64,000 nucleotides of DNA from the NCBI RefSeq assembly GCF_009834535.1, contig NC_045696.1:28460001-28524000 (forward strand), in the 5' to 3' direction. The notes below the pieces were generated by a model that saw only the letters and a list, made by a program, of their open reading frames with translations, was not told where the DNA came from and did no database searches. This document shows, piece by piece, positions 51,861 through 64,000 of this stretch. The number at the start of each line of letters is the position of its first letter. The stretch's first letter is position 1. The position numbers were made by a program, and so were the translations under genes. This DNA is from Camelus ferus. Lineage: Eukaryota.

Positions 51861-53445
51861 TAGATACGTTAAAATTGAAAAGAAAATGGGCATCTTATCA
51901 TTAAAGAAATATATCCTTCTATACTAAAGATGTGTTTTACTCTTCAAATTGTGAAACAATTTTTCTATCAAATCGGTTAGTATCACTCATACATATTTTC
52001 TATGAATTTATTTTAATTAAAAGTAAGTGATCTATCTCCCTAGTGTTCAAAACAATAGAATATTTTTTCCCCAATGCCCAATTTTGGTTTTTTATTATAC
52101 TAAAACTTGAACACAATAAAAAGGCATCTTAGTATAATTTTGCATCTTAATATTCTATTGTTCTGTGTTCCCAGTACTGTACTTTTTCACAAAAGAATAT
52201 TTTAATATGCCTTTTATTTCTATCACCATGTGTGAATTTTCTTTTTGCTACTTTTAACTGGGGACTTGTTTTCATTTCTGTTGGTCACCCTCATCTCACC
52301 ACCCCCAGTTTCTAAGATACAGGAGGAAGCAGAGTGATGGCCTTTCAGGTTTTGTAATTGGAAGTTGTATTACTTGTCTTGTCAGGCTCTCTGATTGATT
52401 GCAAGAAACATTATGCTTATTTTGTTAATTAACTTTAATCCCTATGCAGTCAGTTAAAAATATAACTCTTGGTAATCCACTGAAATGTAAGAAATTTAAA
52501 TGTCTGTCTCTATCCCAAACTCTGTTAAAATCATTTCTGCAGAAAAGGTTGTCAAATTTCCAAGTAAACATATCATTATCTGGCATTCATGCATTATGGA
52601 TTTTTTTCCCTTTTTTTTTTTTTTTTTTTTTTTTTAGTTTTACATCTCATGCATTTCATTATCATTATCCGTTATCCAACTAGCGAGCATGCCCACTCCA
52701 CAAGTTCCGTGTAGTGTGTTCGTATCAGAGCACACAGTTGAATTAAAAGTGCAATACCAGACCCAGGCATTGTGGTTCGGTATTTTACAATTAATTTAGT
52801 GTAACAATGCTAATTTAGGTCTGCATTAAGATTCCTTTTTCAAACATGCTGAAAATGTAATTGTAGTGTACCCAGGAAAATAATAGGAATGGCTTGCCCA
52901 ATTTATTACTCGACAAAAGAATTAGTGTGATGGCCAATTAAAGGATGCTTTTAAATATAGTTATTATATTGTTTATCATGCAGAATTAACTCAAGGAAGG
53001 TTAAAGGTGTTATTAAAAACATTAATTTAATTCCTTCTATAAATGACACAAAATTATCATAAAACATGATATATGGTCATGGAAGAGAACTTTAATGAAG
53101 TCATGGAATAATTAGGGGAGTTATCATGATAATTTGCTATAATAAAATTAGAAGTCTAATAGCACATTTTCTTTTTCTTATTTTCAAAGGAATAAGTGAT
53201 AAGTTTGATAAAATTGGCTCTGTTATATTTTATATAATGTATATTACATATAATACATTGTCTTCTAGCAATAGTAACATTCTTGTTTCTTTTGTTAAAG
53301 ATGGCTGCTTTTATTTCAAACCTATGAAGTAAAAAATGTCAGTCATGTCTAATATTAACACTGACTGCTTTTTGTTGTCTTTCCAGACAAAGTAGAAGCA
53401 CAAGCAAGGGAGGAGATTGAAAATCTGAATAAATGAAGGAAAACA

Positions 53446-53448
<3 letters not shown>

Positions 53449-53497
<49 letters not shown>
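53449..53497. repeat. (AC)24 microsatellite
   Basis: Perfect AC run. Confidence 0.98.
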
Positions 53498-53501
<4 letters not shown>

Positions 53502-55461
53502 TTCTGTTTTCCCCAAAGCGATGCTTCAGCTCAGTTTACAATCTTTCGTTGGAGTTCCAGAAAACAAAGAATCTGTCCATGCTTCTATCAGTGTTCCTCA
53601 GAATCTTTTTGTTTGTTAAGCTATTAATTGGTTCTGTAGGGAAAACATTGTTAATGTTGCTGTTATCGTTAAATGTTTGCTGTCCTAAACAAATACAATT
53701 AAATCTAACAGCAAAATCCTGAGTTTTTTTTAAATAGGTGCTAATAATCTTTATGAATTTCTAAGAATGGGAAATAGATTTCATTATTTCTCCCAAAACA
53801 ATTATTTCTTAAAGGACTAAGAATGTATTAACATTTCTAAGAACACTGGCACATCACAAAAGACCTACATAATTTAGTTACTTTGGATATTAAAAAAATG
53901 CTGATTTTCAAATACCTAACGATTTCCATCCTCATGCAGGCTATGAGATATATTATTTAAATAGCTCAGAATGTCATTCAGGAAACTCTCCAGTCACTGC
54001 AATAACAACTGAAGTATAAGAGGTAATGGTGATAAATATAAATAGTGATGAAACGTGTTAAAATATGTATTCGAATTGTATCCTTATCTCTTCACTATTG
54101 AGAACCAGAAATGTTGCAATTGTTGCATATAAGAATTTTCAGGTACTTCATCTTTAATTTTTTAGGTAATTCATAAATCCATTGGCCTAGAAGCTGAATG
54201 CTGTAAGGGCACTTATTTTATATTTTGGTGTGATTATCCAGCAATCGCAGACTTCGTGTTCATGTTTATAACCAACTAAGCATTCCTGAATCTTGGTGAT
54301 TATGATGAGAAATTGCTTAAGCAAAATCAGAATTAATAATGTGTAAGGGAATTTTCATTATTTTCATCTTTAATGTATATGAGAAATGCTATAAAATTAA
54401 TGTATCACTCTGACTCCATGTCAATTTAAGAACATTCAAATCCAAATGGGAGTGATGTTTATTACAAGACGCCACAAAGGAGAGGAAGAAAAAATTACCT
54501 GTTGCAACTTCAAAGATTGCCTGTTGAAACTTCAAAGAGATATCAAAATTTACCCTTTCCCTTTCCATTATCCTAACCTCTAACATTATTATAAAATGCG
54601 GCTGTTTAACAATTGTGACTAGAATAGGGTTATAATAGCTGTTTGGATTTAAATATAAAGCAATCCTATTCAAACTTTAAAAGCTAACTTTACGTTGAGG
54701 CATACTTTGGCCTCCAGTGGCTGACTTATATCATGGGAACGATATTGGGTAATATTCTATAAACCAAATAGTTGTAAGTCATTGTCACTTTACACAATTG
54801 ACTTTAGGGGGACCAAAGTAAATGTAAGAAGGGCTATTTTCTGTTCCCCATACCTACTGTCTTATAATATCACTCCAACATTGGTTATTGAGTTATGATT
54901 AATCATAGTTAGTAATAATATTTTATATATAATTTGCTAATAATTAACTTTGAAATATTATCTTCTAAGTGTTTTGGAAGCACAAACAACAAAATATATA
55001 CTCCCTGGAATATTTTATTTTAGCACTGACAAAATAACAAAATGTTGATTTCATACCAAATTTACAGTCTGAATTTTCCTTTCCTACACTTTGGCTATCC
55101 TTAATCTGTATTTCTTTACTGTTGTCACTTCAGGGACATTAAAGCATTTCTGACCCTCTGTATTACCTAAAATATTTTATTTTTATTCATTTGAAACTCA
55201 CTTCAAAAATCTATGAATCAGTCTAAACGCTAAGTAACAAACCATATATTATGTTATTTGGAGAAAAGAGTATCATAGAAATTTAAGAAGTAGGGAAAAT
55301 ATGCCTACTTTTTTTGGAAAACTACTGTTGTTTTAGGATAATGTCATTCTGGAATTAATTATGGTAAACTATTTTATATCCACTACCATTAATTTGAATG
55401 TGTTTTTAGATGTCATTGATAATTTAAAATGAAAGCATCTTTTAACAAGATTTTAGTAATT

Positions 55462-55592
55462 GCTGAATCACTCACTAATCAATAAGCAGTTACAGAGTAA
55501 CTACATTCAGGAAATTGTTCTAAACGTTTTGTAGAATTTAAAATACATTCAGTAGACCCCTGCCCTCAAAGAGCTCACAGTTTATTTAGAGG
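55462..55592 (-). mobile_element. L2 3' end fragment
   Basis: tcactcactaatcaataagc...agacccctgccctcaaagagctcacagttta. Confidence 0.65.
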
Positions 55593-55792
55593 CATTTTGC
55601 ATGGTAGTATTTTTTCCCATATATTTATTTTGCAACTAATTTATTCCTGAATTTTTTTACCTATAAAGATATTAACCACTACTCCAATACAAATTTTGTC
55701 ACTATAGAAAGTGTTCAGTTGTTCTGGGAAGAATTCCTACCCTATTCTAATATTCAGACCATGAAATGGGTAGTTATTCCTTGCCCGTGTCC

Positions 55793-55854
55793 TTTTTTTC
55801 TGGGACCTCGTGCATGCTAAGCATGTGCTCTACCACTGAGCTATACCTTCCCCC
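55793..55854 (-). mobile_element. 3'-deleted Vic-1-type SINE
   Basis: Reverse complement gggggaaggtatagctcagtggtagagcacatgcttagcatgcacgaggtcccag stops before the B box. Confidence 0.85.
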
Positions 55855-56309
55855 ATCAGGCACCATTTTAAAAGATAAACTCTGCTTATCTCCAAGATGA
55901 TGACAAAAAAAATTCTATTCTATTTAATCAAATACACGACTATGCCTTTTAGGAAATATAATGCCTTTTCAATCAAGAGGGTGCACTCCTTTGTGTGTGT
56001 TTTCAAATTGGGTTACATTGTCTCTGCTTATGTTGAGAAGTGTGAGAACTGAAAGGCTTAATTAAAAAAAACAAAGTAATATTTGCGTACATTTTCATTT
56101 ATCTTTAGATAAACACTTAATGATAAAAAGTGGTCAGATTTACATTTTCAAATGCAGCATACTTCTATCACATCATTGGAGAATACTGGAATACCATCTA
56201 GTCAAAAGATGGATACACTGTACTTCAAGTAAAAAGAATATGCTTTAACACCAAGAATAATTGCATTCAAGATAGAGCACCTAATTACATATTAACATAA
56301 TTTAAAATT

Positions 56310-58190
56310 TTCTTATAGTGCAATACATACATTTGGAAGACTATCTAGTTTTTAAAATAGCTAGATGGAGGCCATTTATGAGAGGCCACTCAGGGTAAGG
56401 AATAGAGCACAAATTGTTTTACTTTTAGCACACAGTGTGCCTCTCTCTCATTCTAACCTTCTCTGATTACCCCAAGGATAAAGCTAAGTTAGTGCATTTT
56501 CCTTAATTGTATTTAAAATAAATCAATTAAACAATGTCTGTTTCCTTTTTGGCAGCTTTTAAACATTGAAGTAATTAAATAGGATTTATACTACATGTGT
56601 TTGTCTGTGACTTATTATTCCTTTCTGCAGATTATGTTCACAGCTTTCATTCAAGTCAATTCATCATCTGAACTTTGGTCTTTTCACCTCTTCACAGAAT
56701 TTTACAGCATGAATATACAATTACTTTATCCACTCTACTGGACATGGATTCCTGTGCTGTTTTCAGTCGTTGCTGTTATAGAACGAGCTTGCTCAGATGC
56801 ACCTGTGCAAACGTTTCTACAGCATACACACTGGAACTGAAATTCTGTTACATGTGTATTGAACTTTATTTTGTAACAGCACCAAGGGAATTCAACTTCT
56901 CAAAAGTTATTAGACACTGAAATCAGAAGACTGCTGTGTTAGCCAAATGCAGGGAAACTGGCTTTCCCGGCAAATATGGTGGCTGGTGGCAAAGGGATTT
57001 ACAAGCTCTGAAGCAGTGGTACCATTTCTTATATCCAGTCTCATATCATGCCAGCTGAAGCTGGTTTTCTACTAGAAGAGCCTCATAGTATCTGGCAGTC
57101 TTTCTATCGGCTTTGTGGTTGCTGACCACTTAGAATAAACCAGTCACATTTCTACTATGTATATAACTAGGAACAGAATTGCTGTGTCATAGAATATATG
57201 TGATTTCAATTTTTGTAGCTACTGCCTAAATGTTTTTTTTCCGAAGCAGCGGACCAATTTATATTCCTAGCAAATCTTTATTCCTAGCAACTGTTCATAA
57301 CACTGGTAACACTGGGAATCTTGAGAGGTTTTAACTTTTGCTAAGTTAAGAAGAACCAAGTTGATGTAGCTTATCCTGGTTTTACTTTGCATTTCCTGAT
57401 TACTAATGAAATTGACCCTGTGGAAATGCTTATTCTTGTCTTCTGCCCACTTTTTACTTGACTTGCTTTTTTATTATAAATTTGCATGAATAATTTGTAT
57501 ACCCTGTATATTACAGTAACAATATCACATCTCCTAATAAGTGTGATTTATCTGTCCACTCTTTTTATAAATTTGCATCTCATTTTAAGAAATATTTTTT
57601 ATCCAAGATTTGAAGATAAAATGGTTTAAATTTTGCCTTCCAGAGTTATGTCCTTGATTCATTTATAACTAATTCTTTCCACCCTTTGGGTTTGTGTGCT
57701 AATAATCCTTAAAAGATCTAAGAAGAGATCTAAAGGAAATTGCAATTTATTCCAATAGGGCCAAGGGGATATTATTAAGAAAGTATAAGTTATTAGACTG
57801 ATACTACAAAGCCTAGCATGGAGGAAGGATAGAAATTTGTTTTCTGTGTTCTCCTTATGGATTAACAATTTTTCCTGCCACCCGCTCTTTACTGAATATG
57901 CCCTCTTCTCTCCACTTATTAGCGAAACCTGCTCTAGCAGCTGTCAGGATTTGTGGGTCTCTTGCTGGGCTTCCTATTTAGTTTCTTGTTATATTTTCCA
58001 GTCCTGCTGCTAATACCAAACAGCAGTAAAAACCAAAAGCCTTTATTGTTTTAGAGCCCTGTCTCCTTGGTGGGAACTGAATTCCAATTTCCCAACTTTC
58101 CCAATGAATTCCAATGTTGGGTGTGTGATTTTGTTGAGAGCCTGCCACTGTTTTTGGAAAAGGTAAACGTCTCAAGGGGGAAAAGCATAT
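56310..58190 (-). mobile_element. Fragmented old L1ME
   Basis: tatataactaggaacagaattgctg, accaatttatattcctagca and ggttttactttgcatttcctgattactaatga. Confidence 0.6.
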
Positions 58191-58204
58191 CACACGCACG
58201 GCTC

Positions 58205-58568
58205 TGCTCTGATGTGAATGCTTGCGTCCTCTCTAAATTCATATGTGAAATCCTAGCCCTCAGAGATGGTGGTACGAGGAGGCAGGGCTTTAGGGAGGAG
58301 ACTGGGTCATGAGGGCTCTACGCTCACGAACAGGACTATCACCTTTATAAATGAGGCCCCAGAGAGATGCCCAGCCCCTTCCTCCACCCAGGAACACAGG
58401 AGCCAGTTGGCAGTCTGCAACCTGGAAGAGAGCCTTCCCCAGAACCCCACAAGGCTGGCCCCCTGAGGTCAGACTTCCAGCCTCCAGAACTGTGAGAAAT
58501 AAATTATTGTTTATAAAAGCCACCCCGTCGGTGGCACTTTGTTACAGCAGTTTGAGTGGAGTAAGACA
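58205..58568 (+). mobile_element. MaLR solo LTR (MLT1A0-like), full length
   Basis: tgc...tgaatgcttgcgtcc...aaattcatatgtgaaatcct...gacttccagcctccagaactgtgagaaataaatt...taagaca. 5-bp TSD ggctc / agctc. Confidence 0.93.
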
Positions 58569-58693
58569 AGCTCACCTCTCTCGGATTTCTGGCCCTCCAG
58601 GGTCTTGACCTAGTAAGTCTTTGCTGCTTGGGCCGCTCTCCAGTACCTAGAGCCAGTTATTCATCTTTTGCTCCTGTTCATTTTTTCTACTTG

Positions 58694-59330
58694 TGATGCA
58701 GGAAAAACGGACAGTGGGGCATAAGGAGGGCCATGTCCCAGGCTTCGGTTGAGCCCCTGGGACGTGCCCCACCAAGTGTGAGTCCTTGGTTTCACACAGG
58801 AAAGAATTCAAGAGTGAGCCGCAGTTGAGTAAAGGTAGATTTATTTAGAGAGATACATCGAAAGGCAAGAGAAAGGCCACAAGGTGTGGGGGTTGGGTGC
58901 TCAGATTAGAGTAAAAGTAGGTACACACTCCATAGACAGAGTGCAGGCCGTCTCCGAAGTGGGAGAGAGAGAGGGCAGCGGCCATGAGGCACCGTGTTGC
59001 CAGTTCTTACGGGCTTGGTGGCTTCATATACTAGTAAGTGGAAGGCCTGTCTAACTAACCTGGGGAAGGGGCTGGGATTCCCAGGAAGTTGGCCATTTCC
59101 CAGTCTTTGATCTTTTGTCGGTAGCCTTGGGACTGTCATGGTGCCTGTGGGTGTTATTCACCATGCTAATATATTACAACGAGCATATAATGAAGCTCAA
59201 GTTCTGCTAGAAGTCAAATCTCTAACCATCTTAAGCCTCAAGGCCTACTGGGGGTTGAATCCTCCACCAATTTGATGTTAATTGCTGTATTTTTCCTTGA
59301 ATGGCTGTGCCCTGCCCCCTTCCTGTCTCA
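58694..59330 (-). mobile_element. ERV1 solo LTR, MER41-like (637 bp)
   Basis: Minus-strand start tgagacaggaagggggcagggcacagcc matches the 48308 copy. Antisense AATAAA at 58840-58845. Perfect 4-bp TSD cttg (58690-58693, 59331-59334). Confidence 0.9.
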
Positions 59331-59399
59331 CTTGTTCTCAGCAAGAGGAATGGTCCAAATCAAATTAGTCCTCCATTACCATAGAAAGAACCAACCTGC

Positions 59400-60320
59400 C
59401 TATTGATTTTTTTCTATTATCATTTCACTTATAATTTTTAATTTTCTTTCTAAAATTCACCTTATGCATTTTATAGCCCATCTTTCTTATATTTTTTAAA
59501 AATTATTAATTACTTTAAATCTGTTAACTTTTTAAAAAAATTCTGCATGTCATAATTCTGTATTATTTATAGTTCTCCTTCTGTAGTTTGTTTTTCTTCT
59601 GCTTCAATTCATTGTGGCTTGCTTTCTCAAATGTTCAGAATTTCTAATATTAATATAAGCTCCTTTCCTTGAAATTTTCTCTGTAGATATTCTTGGTGGT
59701 TTGAATCTAAATGCTTCCCTTCAGAGGATTTTTGTTTACTTTTGGAGGCCCTGTCAGTGAAGAACCCCTTTATGCTTTTTACTTGGGTATTTTCAGAGGA
59801 TAAAATTATTGTGAATTCTGGGCTCTCACATAACTGATTATTTGCCTGAGGTAAGAGTTACCATGAAATACTTAAAAAAAAAAAAAAAATCACTTTCTCC
59901 TCACACTCCTCTAGAACTAAGGCCAAGCTCAGAAAGTTTCCTCAGTGTCTTTCTCTATTAAGTGTCTTCTCCATTCCCATCACAATTCATACTTAACATA
60001 CTGTACTTTAAGGGTTCCAGCTTTCTTCAGGATTTCAAATCCTGTTTCTCACCCTTCAAGGGCATCAGGTATCACTTCCTGTTCTTGACACGTGGCCCAT
60101 TAAAATCCAGGCAGTAGCCAGCAAGACTGGCAGTTAACTCGGGCAAATTCCTACAGCAGCGTCCCTTCATTCTGTAGATTCACACTCTGATATTATTTTT
60201 TTCTGTTTCCATTGAACTTTCATACTTTTTTTGTCAGTTAGGCTATAATCTTTAATATGATTTAAAACATATTTCAACCACCATTTTTTAGTGTTATCTA
60301 CATAGAACTTTGCCAGAACA
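59400..60320 (-). mobile_element. Old HAL1/L1ME-like fragment
   Basis: T-rich antisense LINE texture with tgcttcccttcagaggatttttgtttac and a HAL1-like 5' end near 60100-60320. Confidence 0.4.
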
Positions 60321-63300
60321 TTAAAAAAAAATTACAAAGTATTCCATCTCCCCTTCAATACAACTCCATCTGAATAGTATTGTGCAAATTTTTCTTAAAC
60401 ATTTAATTGAAGGACCTTTAGTAGAGTATTTATAATCATTTGAAAGAAAGATATTACTGAAGTCCAAGATACTATTATAGCTTGTTTTTACATAGAAAGA
60501 TAATCAAGTAACTCTAGAAAGAAGTCTACAAATTGTGCTTATGACCTCATTTTTTAGTTCTAAAACAAAAATATTAAAAAATCAAACATCTTGAATAAAA
60601 TAATAAAAAAACACAATTGTTTATTATTAGAGCTTAATTAATTATCATCTCACTGTTTGTTTTACAGGGTCAGTGATGCTTCCTCATTTTAGCACTTAAA
60701 ATACTTAAATTGAATTTCTAAGTGGAAGTATAAGGTTATAAGCTAAATTTGAGGCTTTTTCTATAGCCTCAGATAGGTCAGATGCTTTGAGCCTTGTTTG
60801 AATCTTTCTTGCAGCATTAACTAAAACAATTGCTAGGAAGATACAAATATCAGATCGAAATAAAATAGAATCCAGGTAAGGACTATCACTGGACCAATTA
60901 CTTGTATCTAATGATCAAGTTCAGTGACATATATCAGGCATTGATGAGAATCTGTTCCATTTGAGAACGGGAACAAATCCTTTTCCCAGGGGAGGGGGTA
61001 CATGACAAGCGATGTATACAAAGATGAAGGGATCCAAGAGTGAATGGCTTTCCTGCACTGTATTGCCTGTGCCAAATCAGCCCCATATTTTTGGACAGTG
61101 CAGGACCCAAATGTGGAGGGACTTTGACATCAGAATTTGTGTCTGGTAGCCGTGAGATTACTGCTGTGCTGTTGCTCTGTATGCTGTGTTGTTTCTTGCT
61201 TGGTGGTATTGTTTAGAGCTAAGTAAACTCAGTGCTAAGTGAAGGCTGTGGTGTCTCGTAAGTATGACATCAGTCTGAAACCAGGACCCTATTCCTACCA
61301 CAACAGAGAAGAGAATCAACTAAATATCTCAGAGACAGTTAAATAAAAATAAAAAAAAGAGAATTTCAGAAGTTGATAATGTTTCTAGAAACTTCCTGAA
61401 ACAATCTAAAGATGAAAGCTATATGTAATAAATAATCATTTTTTAAAAGTGTGTGATTAAAATGTTCAGTTTTATATTTCAGGTTATATGAAATTTACTG
61501 GATAAAATCAACTTTTTAGGACATGAAAGGAATGAGAATACATTTCATTGCTCTCTAGAGCCTAAATGTTTATGTGTCCTCAACTAATAAAATGGATTTG
61601 ACAGCCCTTTCTCCTGTTGAGATTTCAGTTGTCTAAACTATTTTATAAACCCTATTGTTCTAAAGGTTTACACTCAGGTAATTTATCTAAAATAAGACAA
61701 TTCTTAGGCATTACATGCCGGAAGATGTTTGTATATGCAGTAGAAATTCTTTAAAACATATACCATAATCAAAATGTTGAATTTTGTATCACACCTACTC
61801 TTACACTGTCCGGTGTCACACTACATTGTTGAAGAAAATTGTTTTCTTATTCCTTCTGCTTCTAGTTGAGCCTAAATGTCTTCATAGTCTGGCATATGAC
61901 TAATAGAGAAGTGAGTTTGAAAAGTTATGTTAATGTCAAGATAACACAAGAAGAAAAGAGAAATGCAAAAAAAAGGCTTCTATAAACAATAGAAGTCACA
62001 TGATACTTCTTTAAAACCTCCAGTATTTAAGGCATATAAAAGAAGAGAGTAAGTCATCAAATCTATGTGTAAGTAAAATTATGATGGTATGTTTATTTGT
62101 TCATCTCAATTCTACACCATATACTTAGGGATAATAAATAACTTTGTGTCATGCATTGATAATCCCTATAATCTTAATATGGCCTGCAGACAGTTTACAC
62201 ATAAATATGGCGATCAGTTTGGAAAACAATATATAGAGGTCCTTAGCTGTCTGTCAGTCCTGTGTTATCTGTATCTATTTGAGTGAGTGTGTTTGCTTCT
62301 GTGTGTGTATATTTTGTATACATCATATTAGATATAATTGATCCCAGAGAAATGCAGATCTTACTATAATGGATTCTCCCCTGTTCAAAAGGTATGTAAC
62401 CTTTTGAATAAGATATTATTAACTTAGAAGTAGCTTGGCCATATTTGAAAAAAAGAAAAATTTGAGACAATTTGCTGAAAAAAAGTTTGAGGGGAAAACA
62501 CATATTGATCAGTACTAAGTAGTAAAAATTTATTGCCATGTTGTCAGTTGCCTTATTCCAGATCAATACAAATCTCACCAAAAGCTTCTTAAATGCAATA
62601 AGAATCTGACAAGACCTTTTTGTCATAGATTAGTGTTAGAGCAATGAAAGAGCCCCTAAGGAAAATTGTCTTTCTGGCTGAAATGCCAGCTGTATTCTGT
62701 TTCTGAAGTGTTCTATGTATGTTCGACATCTTTATTGATATTGTGGATATCTAAAAACAAAAAAACAACCAGAACCTAAACATTTTGTGTGCAGAGTCAA
62801 TGCAAAATGAGGATAATCTGAAAATTTAAATTTGGATTCATTGTTTCTATCAGAAACCCGTGATTTTATGCATATTACATTGCTGAGCAGAATTGGATTT
62901 TAACAGCCCCAGACCAATTAAATTCTGTAGCAGTTTTAGACTACTCCATCCAGGTTTTAAATTAATAAAAAAAAAGGTAATGTAATACATTTAATAAGAT
63001 TTAAGAATAGGTTAGCAATGCATTTGCTTTTCTTAAGAAGAAAAAAGGTTATAAATTGGATACAACTTAAATTTAGATTTCCCCAACAAAGCGTCTATAT
63101 AGAATAGTGGAATCTAATTTGGAAATGCAGAAGGAGTTCTTCGGAGCTCGAGACAAGCTGCATTTCATGAATTCTGATAACACTAGAATGTAGTCATCTT
63201 GGCAGTCCTGTAATGTCAGTTTGCATAAGTAAACCCACTGAGGCTTGCTTATTTTGGTACATTGGACAGAGAGAAAGCACATGCATCTTCCGTGATATTT

Positions 63301-64000
63301 ATGCGAATTTAATTTTACTGATAAGTATCAATTTAACTGTGTGGAGATTTATCTTTTTCAAATAAAAGAAAAATCTGATTTTGGAACCTTTCACTTAAAT
63401 CCATTATTTTAGCACCCCTTCCCTAGGCAGATACATTCAGGCATGGGTTGCATGCCAGTCTTGTTTTTTATCTGTGTCTCTTCTCTAGATTTTGGTCTTT
63501 GCAATCTCAGATACTGTTTTTTGTTAGTGTACCTGTATAGCCCTATTTACTATAATTTCTATTAATTGTTAGAATTAGTCTGATTTTAAGTATTATATCA
63601 ATGTATATAAAACATCATACTAATAAACAATAGTGTTTTACAAACATAATATATAATATATATGACACAAAACAAGAACTATTATTCTAATCATTATAAT
63701 ATATGTAATAAATGCATATCGTGTATGTATATACATATAAATTATATTGTATTATATGATGTTAATTTATATTATATTACATTATATTATATATCAGTGC
63801 CAATCAAAGCACAGTGATATTATTATGAAAACTACTACCATGATTTGAAGTTAATTTGTACCAGTTGCTTTAAGGAATGCTGCTACCTTGCAGGAAATTT
63901 CAGAATTAAAAGACAAGGTTACGGGATGGAAATATATATTGCAAAGAACTTAAAATAGGTATTTATTTATTCTCACAATTCTTAGCCTCAAGGAAAAATA

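Noticed and set aside
52611..52635. T25 tract as a retrocopy tail
   Set aside because: No AATAAA at a suitable distance on the minus strand and no TSD.
62243..62626. 127-aa minus-strand ORF
   Set aside because: F/I/L/K-rich composition typical of AT-rich chance ORFs; no recognisable domain or splice context.

Overview
AT-rich mammalian genomic DNA with no recognisable protein-coding gene, functional RNA gene or CpG-island promoter; it reads as gene desert or a very large intron. The host is most likely a camelid, from two tRNA-Ala(AGC)-derived Vic-1-type SINEs, camelid-like L1 3' ends and no recognisable Bov-A/Bov-B or PRE SINEs. The window is dense in transposable-element relics: an internally deleted ERV-L provirus, L1s of several ages, L2, CR1/L3, MIR, MaLR (MLT1) LTRs, LTR16, MER34-like, two MER41-like and two ERVK-type solo LTRs, MER58A, MER20 and a near full-length Tigger1. 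The ORFs I could recognise are L1 or Tigger1 fragments; the rest look like chance frames. Most notable: (1) two inverted young L1s share a 119-bp identical tract containing the same premature ORF2 stop, suggesting gene conversion or a truncated-ORF2 lineage; (2) a four-layer nest MER58A > Tigger1 > Tigger1 MITE > SINE; (3) LTRs carrying perfect STAT GAS motifs; (4) a polyadenylated non-L1 insert inside an old L1; (5) a consensus 119-nt intron joining a 56-codon ORF. I found no evidence for a novel multi-gene system. Repeat family names come from recalled consensus sequences, not from a search, and boundaries of old elements are approximate.
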